A program made the translations under genes and the position numbers. DNA of 64,000 bases from Candidatus Bathyarchaeia archaeon (GTDB lineage Archaea > Thermoproteota > Bathyarchaeia > Bathyarchaeales > Bathycorpusculaceae), in assembly GCA_038727135.1 (NCBI GenBank), contig JAVYWL010000001.1, forward strand, positions 480,001 through 544,000, given 5' to 3'. How positions within the stretch are numbered: position 1 is the first letter of the stretch; the number at the start of each line of letters is the position of its first letter. The notes beneath the pieces were generated by a model, which did no database searches, was not told where the DNA came from, and saw only the letters and a program-made list of their open reading frames with translations. This document shows, piece by piece, positions 59,536-64,000 of the stretch.

Positions 59536-60216
59536 TTGAGGCGCATTGGCGTGTCAAGCGAGTTTAAGCCAACGGTTTTCGCCGATATCCGCGAAAGCAT
59601 GGACGTGAAAGACCATTTGAAAGAGCTTGGATGCGAAGTTGTGGAGAAGGCTTTGGCTCCAGCGGACTATGTAGTGGCTGAGGACTACGCCGTAGAAAGG
59701 AAAGAGCTTCACGACTTTTTCCGCTCGGTCTTTGACGGCAGACTTTTTGAGCAGGCTGAGAGGCTTGCAAAAACTTACGAGAACGCGTGCCTTATTGTTG
59801 AAGGAGACGTTGTCAACGCCGTAAAGTATATTCGCACTCCACGAGCCTTCTGGGGAGCACTTTCAAAGGTTATGGCTGACCATAATATCTCGGTGGTGTT
59901 CACCCCCAACGAGGCGCACACAGCCATGTTCTTGTATACATTAGCCAAGAAACTGCAAGAAGAGGAAAGACGAAAAATAGCTGTCAAGCACAAGCCGAAA
60001 ACCTACACGCTGAGACAGAGGCAACTCCTTGCAGTGCAAAGCCTGCCAAAAATAGGTCCGGAAAGGGCAGAAGAACTTTTAAGGCGTTTTGGAAGTGTGC
60101 GCCGCGTTTTCCAAGCCTCAAAGAGGGAGCTGCTGTCCGTTAAGGGACTTGGCGAAAAGACTGTCCAAGCTATAATTGAAGTTTTGGACACAAAATATCC
60201 CGGACTGGAGCAGTAA
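59536..60216 (+). CDS. xpf: XPF/ERCC4 structure-specific endonuclease (short form)
   Basis: DIRE, ADY, VERK...D..S..DGRLFEQ and tandem HhH. An alternative GTG start lies at 59551. Confidence 0.92.
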   Translation: MRRIGVSSEFKPTVFADIRESMDVKDHLKELGCEVVEKALAPADYVVAEDYAVERKELHDFFRSVFDGRLFEQAERLAKTYENACLIVEGDVVNAVKYIRTPRAFWGALSKVMADHNISVVFTPNEAHTAMFLYTLAKKLQEEERRKIAVKHKPKTYTLRQRQLLAVQSLPKIGPERAEELLRRFGSVRRVFQASKRELLSVKGLGEKTVQAIIEVLDTKYPGLEQ

Positions 60217-60286
60217 CGGCTCATGTTATTATCGGCATGTTTAAATGTATTTAAGTGTGTAAGCAGTCTTAAATCTGGAGAACGTC

Positions 60287-61621
60287 ATGGCTTTAGAAAG
60301 GCTTGGCGCTTCGCTTCACGAAGCTTTGAGAAAGCTTTTCAGAGCCGCCGCTGTCGACGAGGCTGCTGTAAAAGAGCTTGTGAGGGACGTGCAACGAGCT
60401 TTACTGCAAGCTGATGTGAACGTTCAACTGGTCTTGGAAATTTCTAAACGCATAGAAGAAAGAGCCCTAAAAGAGAAGGTTCCGCCTGGAATTTCGCGCC
60501 GCGAACATGTCATTAAGGTTGTTTATGAGGAGTTAACACGGTTTCTAGGGGAAAAGCCAGTCCCATTAAAGGTTGAGCCTGGAAAAAGGAAGGTTTTGAT
60601 GCTCGTCGGCATCCAAGGTTCTGGTAAAACCACTGCTGCGGCTAAGCTTGCAAGATACTTCCAGAAAAGGGGCTTAAAACCCGCCTTAATATGTGCTGAC
60701 ACCTATCGTCCAGGCGCCTTTGACCAGCTTCAGCAACTTGCCAACAGAATTAATGTGCCAATTTACGGCGACCCAAAAGCCAAAGACCCTGTTAAAATTG
60801 CTCTCGAAGGTTTGAAGCATTTCAGCGACAAAGACATAGTCATAGTTGACACGGCTGGACGCCACAAGGAAGAACGCGAGCTCATAAAGGAGATGAAGGT
60901 GCTTGAGGAGAAAATCAAGCCAGACGAGGTTATGCTTGTCATTGACGGAACCATTGGTCAGCAAGCCCTTGTGCAAGCCAAAGCCTTCAACGAGGCAACA
61001 TCCATAGGCTCCATACTTGTGACGAAGCTTGACGGCTCAGCCAGAGGTGGAGGCGCCCTGTCCGCTGTTGTAGCCACTGGCGCGCCAATAAAGTTCATAA
61101 GCACTGGCGAAAAGGTTGAGGACATAGAGCCCTTTGTTCCATCTCGTTTTGTTGGCAGGCTCCTAGGCATGGGCGACTTGGAAACTCTCATCGAGAAGGT
61201 TCGGGAAGCCGAAATTAAGGTTCCGGAAAAGAAGGCTAAGGCTATTTTGAGCGGCAAATTCACTTTGACGGATATGTATGAACAGTTTGAAGCCATGAAG
61301 GGCATGGGGCCCTTCCGGAAACTCTTGAAGATGCTGCCTGGCATGTCTTACAATGTGCCTGAAGAAATGCTTGACATGGCTGAGGACAAGCTGGAAAAGT
61401 GGCGGGTCATAATTCAATCAATGACTCCGGCAGAGCGAGAAAACCCCAAAATCTTTAATGCCTCAAGGATTAGGCGTGTGGCGCGGGGCTCTGGAACTAG
61501 CGAGAAAGATGTGAAGGAGCTTTTGAAACAGTATGTTCTCATGCGGAAAATGTTGAAAACATTAAGGAGAAAGAAGAGGCTTCCTTTCTTTGGAAAGGGA
61601 CTGCCCGTTGGCGTAGGCTAA
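60287..61621 (+). CDS. srp54: Signal recognition particle protein SRP54
   Basis: GIQGSGKTT, DTAGRH, TKLDG.ARGGGALS and M-domain SRIRRVARGSG. Confidence 0.98.
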   Translation: MALERLGASLHEALRKLFRAAAVDEAAVKELVRDVQRALLQADVNVQLVLEISKRIEERALKEKVPPGISRREHVIKVVYEELTRFLGEKPVPLKVEPGKRKVLMLVGIQGSGKTTAAAKLARYFQKRGLKPALICADTYRPGAFDQLQQLANRINVPIYGDPKAKDPVKIALEGLKHFSDKDIVIVDTAGRHKEERELIKEMKVLEEKIKPDEVMLVIDGTIGQQALVQAKAFNEATSIGSILVTKLDGSARGGGALSAVVATGAPIKFISTGEKVEDIEPFVPSRFVGRLLGMGDLETLIEKVREAEIKVPEKKAKAILSGKFTLTDMYEQFEAMKGMGPFRKLLKMLPGMSYNVPEEMLDMAEDKLEKWRVIIQSMTPAERENPKIFNASRIRRVARGSGTSEKDVKELLKQYVLMRKMLKTLRRKKRLPFFGKGLPVGVG

Positions 61622-61660
61622 GGCTTTATCGCGGTAAAGCATACCTAAAAGGAGTCTTTT

Positions 61661-62998
61661 ATGGGGATATTAGAAAAAGCCCTACAAATGCTGGAAAGAT
61701 ATCCCCTATGTGACCACTGTTTGGGTAGGCAATTCGCTTTTCTGGGGCATGGAATGGAAAACGATGGGAGAGGAAAAGCCATAAAAAATGTCTTATTAAT
61801 GGAAGCCCAAGCCCTTGCCTGCACAAAAAAGGATGAAGGGGCAAGAATTCTCAAAGTCCTTGCAATAAACGGCTTCTGTAAAAAAGCATTAGAGGCTCTT
61901 CGCAGGATGGGAAGACGCATTTCCGAGAAAAAAGTGGCGAAGACCTGTTTTCTCTGCGAGAACAGTTTTGAAATAGTTGACGAGTTGGCAAAAAGGGCTG
62001 TTGAAAAGCTACAAGAATATGAGTATAGCAGCTTTTTGGTGGGCATCGAACTTCCAGTCGAGGTTGAGGAACGCGAGGACGAGTTTAAGGCTCGCTTTGA
62101 CGTGGAATACGGCGAAAATATGAGGCTGGAATTTGGGAGAATCTTAGGCAAGAAAATCGCCGCATACAGCCAAAAAACAGTGGAACACCGAAAACCAGAC
62201 ATTGTTGTGCTCATAAACCCCATGACCAGCGAAATAAGGGTTCAGGTTAACCCCCTCTACATTGCCGGACGCTACAAGAAACTTGTTAGGGGCATACCCC
62301 AATCAAAATGGTTCTGCACCAAGTGTTACGGAAAAGGATGCGGGAAATGTAACTGGACCGGGAAAAGATATCCAGAATCCGTTGAGGAGTTAATAAGCGA
62401 ACCCATTCTCGCAGTTACGGGCGGCACTAAAACAGCATTTCATGCCTCCGGAAGAGAGGATGTGGACGCCCGCATGCTTGGAAAGGGCAGACCCTTCGTC
62501 ATAGAAATAGCACAGCCAAGAAAACGCTTCCTAAACCTTAAGGAAATTGAGGAAGCCGTAAACGCCCACGCGAAAGGCAAGGTTGAGGTTTCAGAACTCC
62601 GCTTTGTTGACAAAGACTTCGTGCGGAAACTGAAAAAGGCGGAGTCTGCGCAAAAAGAGTACCGCGTCACTGTGGAATTTGAAAAAGAAGTTTCAGACGA
62701 GGATTTAAAGCTGTTGGAGGAAAAGCTTAGCGGCGCAGTTGTTAAGCAGAGGACGCCACTACGTGTTTTACACAGGCGGGCGGATTTAACGCGGGAAAAG
62801 TACATATATGAGGTTAAAGCTAAAAGATTGTCACCGAATAGGGCTGAACTGAAAGTTAGATGTCAAGGAGGACTATATGTAAAAGAACTGGTGACGGGTG
62901 ATGAGGGAAGAACAACCCCAAGCGTCTCAGAAATTCTCGGGAACAAAGCGAAGCCTATAAAACTTGATGTTTTAAAGGTAATTGTGAAGGAAGGGTGA
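61661..62998 (+). CDS. pus10: tRNA pseudouridine 54/55 synthase Pus10
   Basis: LCDHCLGR, GRYKK..RGIPQ, GREDVDARMLG.GRPF and GGLYVKEL motifs. Confidence 0.95.
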   Translation: MGILEKALQMLERYPLCDHCLGRQFAFLGHGMENDGRGKAIKNVLLMEAQALACTKKDEGARILKVLAINGFCKKALEALRRMGRRISEKKVAKTCFLCENSFEIVDELAKRAVEKLQEYEYSSFLVGIELPVEVEEREDEFKARFDVEYGENMRLEFGRILGKKIAAYSQKTVEHRKPDIVVLINPMTSEIRVQVNPLYIAGRYKKLVRGIPQSKWFCTKCYGKGCGKCNWTGKRYPESVEELISEPILAVTGGTKTAFHASGREDVDARMLGKGRPFVIEIAQPRKRFLNLKEIEEAVNAHAKGKVEVSELRFVDKDFVRKLKKAESAQKEYRVTVEFEKEVSDEDLKLLEEKLSGAVVKQRTPLRVLHRRADLTREKYIYEVKAKRLSPNRAELKVRCQGGLYVKELVTGDEGRTTPSVSEILGNKAKPIKLDVLKVIVKEG

Positions 62999-63002
62999 AA
63001 AT

Positions 63003-63299
63003 TTGAGAAAGTCAAAGGGATACAGGTCAAAAACGCGGCGCCTCCTTAGGAAAGACCCTAGGGAAAGAGGCAAAATGAGACTAAGCAAACTGCTCCACGA
63101 ATACCAGCCTGGAAACAGCGTGGTCATAAAAATTGACCCAAGTGTTCAGAAGGGCATGCCCCATAGACGCTATCATGGAAAAGTGGGAAAGATTGTCGGC
63201 GTGCGCGGTAAAAGCTACATTGTAAGCGTCACTCAAGGTGATGCTGTCAAGGAGATCATTGTTAGACCAGAGCATTTGGAGCCCTATAAGGGTGGTTAG
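63003..63299 (+). CDS. rpl21e: 50S ribosomal protein L21e
   Basis: SKGYRSKTR, KGMPHRRYHGK and RPEHL motifs. Confidence 0.97.
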   Translation: MRKSKGYRSKTRRLLRKDPRERGKMRLSKLLHEYQPGNSVVIKIDPSVQKGMPHRRYHGKVGKIVGVRGKSYIVSVTQGDAVKEIIVRPEHLEPYKGG

Positions 63300-63300
63300 G

Positions 63301-63648
63301 ATGCTGGAAAAGGCTGAAACTGAAAAGGTTAAGGAGAAAATCCTAACGATTCCACAGGTCAAAAAGCTACTGGAGGAGCTGGGCGAGGAAAAGTTGGACC
63401 AGTTCCAGAGGCGCGTGCTTGACTATGCATCCAAGTTTTCAAAAGTTAACGCCGAAACTGCCGAGATGCTTGTGGAAAAACTTGTTAAAGATTTTGGTTT
63501 AGAAGAAGCCGAGGCTGTTCAAATAGTTAATTGTATGCCCAGCACCATTGAAGAGCTTAGAGTCTTTCTTGGGGGCGGGCGCAAAATTATTGAAGCCTCT
63601 AAACTGGAAGCAATGGTTAAACTTTTAAACGAACATAGATTGAAATAA
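63301..63648 (+). CDS. rpoF: RNA polymerase subunit Rpo4 (F)
   Basis: Q.R.LDYASKFSK and AVQIVNCMP..IEELR; position after rpl21e. Confidence 0.9.
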   Translation: MLEKAETEKVKEKILTIPQVKKLLEELGEEKLDQFQRRVLDYASKFSKVNAETAEMLVEKLVKDFGLEEAEAVQIVNCMPSTIEELRVFLGGGRKIIEASKLEAMVKLLNEHRLK

Positions 63649-63694
63649 CTCTTCAAACCGTATTTTAAATGTAAGGGGTTTAAAAGGGAATACA

Positions 63695-64000
63695 ATGGAG
63701 AAGGAGAAACGCTACGAAGAGTACGCCTACGTCCTAGACTTTCTCCCCCACGGGCGCCCTGGAGTTCGAATAACAGGACGAGCTGGCTACAGAGCTGGAG
63801 CCCTAGTCCAGCTTGTCGGCGAGGAATTCTTCACCCTTTTAGAGGCTTTGGTTAAGGAAGGTGTCACTTTAAAGCCTCATGACCGTGTTTATGTTGGGAA
63901 GGATGCTCGTGAGGAGATAACCTACATTATTGGGCGGATAGGTTATGACGAATTGACATCAGCCGCTAAAATGGAGCTTCCAGCGGTTATAAGCCGCATA
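63695..64000 (+). CDS. DUF655 family putative RNA-binding protein (3'-partial)
   Basis: Manual translation MEKEKRYEEYAYVLDFLPHG...QLVGEEFFTLLE...RVYVGK; conserved position after rpoF. Confidence 0.88.
   Translation, partial: MEKEKRYEEYAYVLDFLPHGRPGVRITGRAGYRAGALVQLVGEEFFTLLEALVKEGVTLKPHDRVYVGKDAREEITYIIGRIGYDELTSAAKMELPAVISRI

Noticed and set aside
61645-62223. Long antisense ORFs (also 1686-2204, 24069-24611, 44048-44551)
   Set aside because: Shadows of well-conserved genes on the opposite strand, with no motifs of their own.
1-64000. Mobile elements, proviruses and defence islands
   Set aside because: No transposase, integrase, terminal inverted repeat pair, cas gene or tRNA-end duplication was recognised; subtle cases would need a computational search.

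Overview
This window is core chromosome from a TACK-superphylum archaeon, most consistent with Bathyarchaeia (inferred from PolD together with Elf1, an EndA carrying a crenarchaeal-type loop, and the overall gene complement). It holds about 60 mostly housekeeping genes: spt5-rpl11-rpl1-rpl10-rpl12, glyS, asnS, endA, lipid synthases, a P-type ATPase, an H+-PPase, both PolD subunits, a 2-oxoacid:ferredoxin oxidoreductase operon, XPD/XPF and srp54-pus10-rpl21e-rpoF. No CRISPR array, transposase or integrase was seen. Main points of interest: (1) a cdc6-linked replication origin with three ORB boxes at about 32.6-33.1 kb; (2) directly beside it, three uncharacterised HTH-type genes, one encoding a membrane-anchored coiled-coil winged-helix protein, and an intergenic array of TGTGAY heptads forming three 19-bp compound sites, a candidate origin-tethering or segregation module; (3) an unannotated box C/D sRNA whose guide matches the 23S peptidyl-transferase region; (4) a tRNA-Ser(CGA) whose intron helix is mismatched exactly at the wobble base; (5) two conserved genes that appear to start at CTG (rpl10) and ACG (nob1); (6) three genes broken by single-base deletions, possibly assembly errors. 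Family assignments come from motif recognition only; no searches were run.
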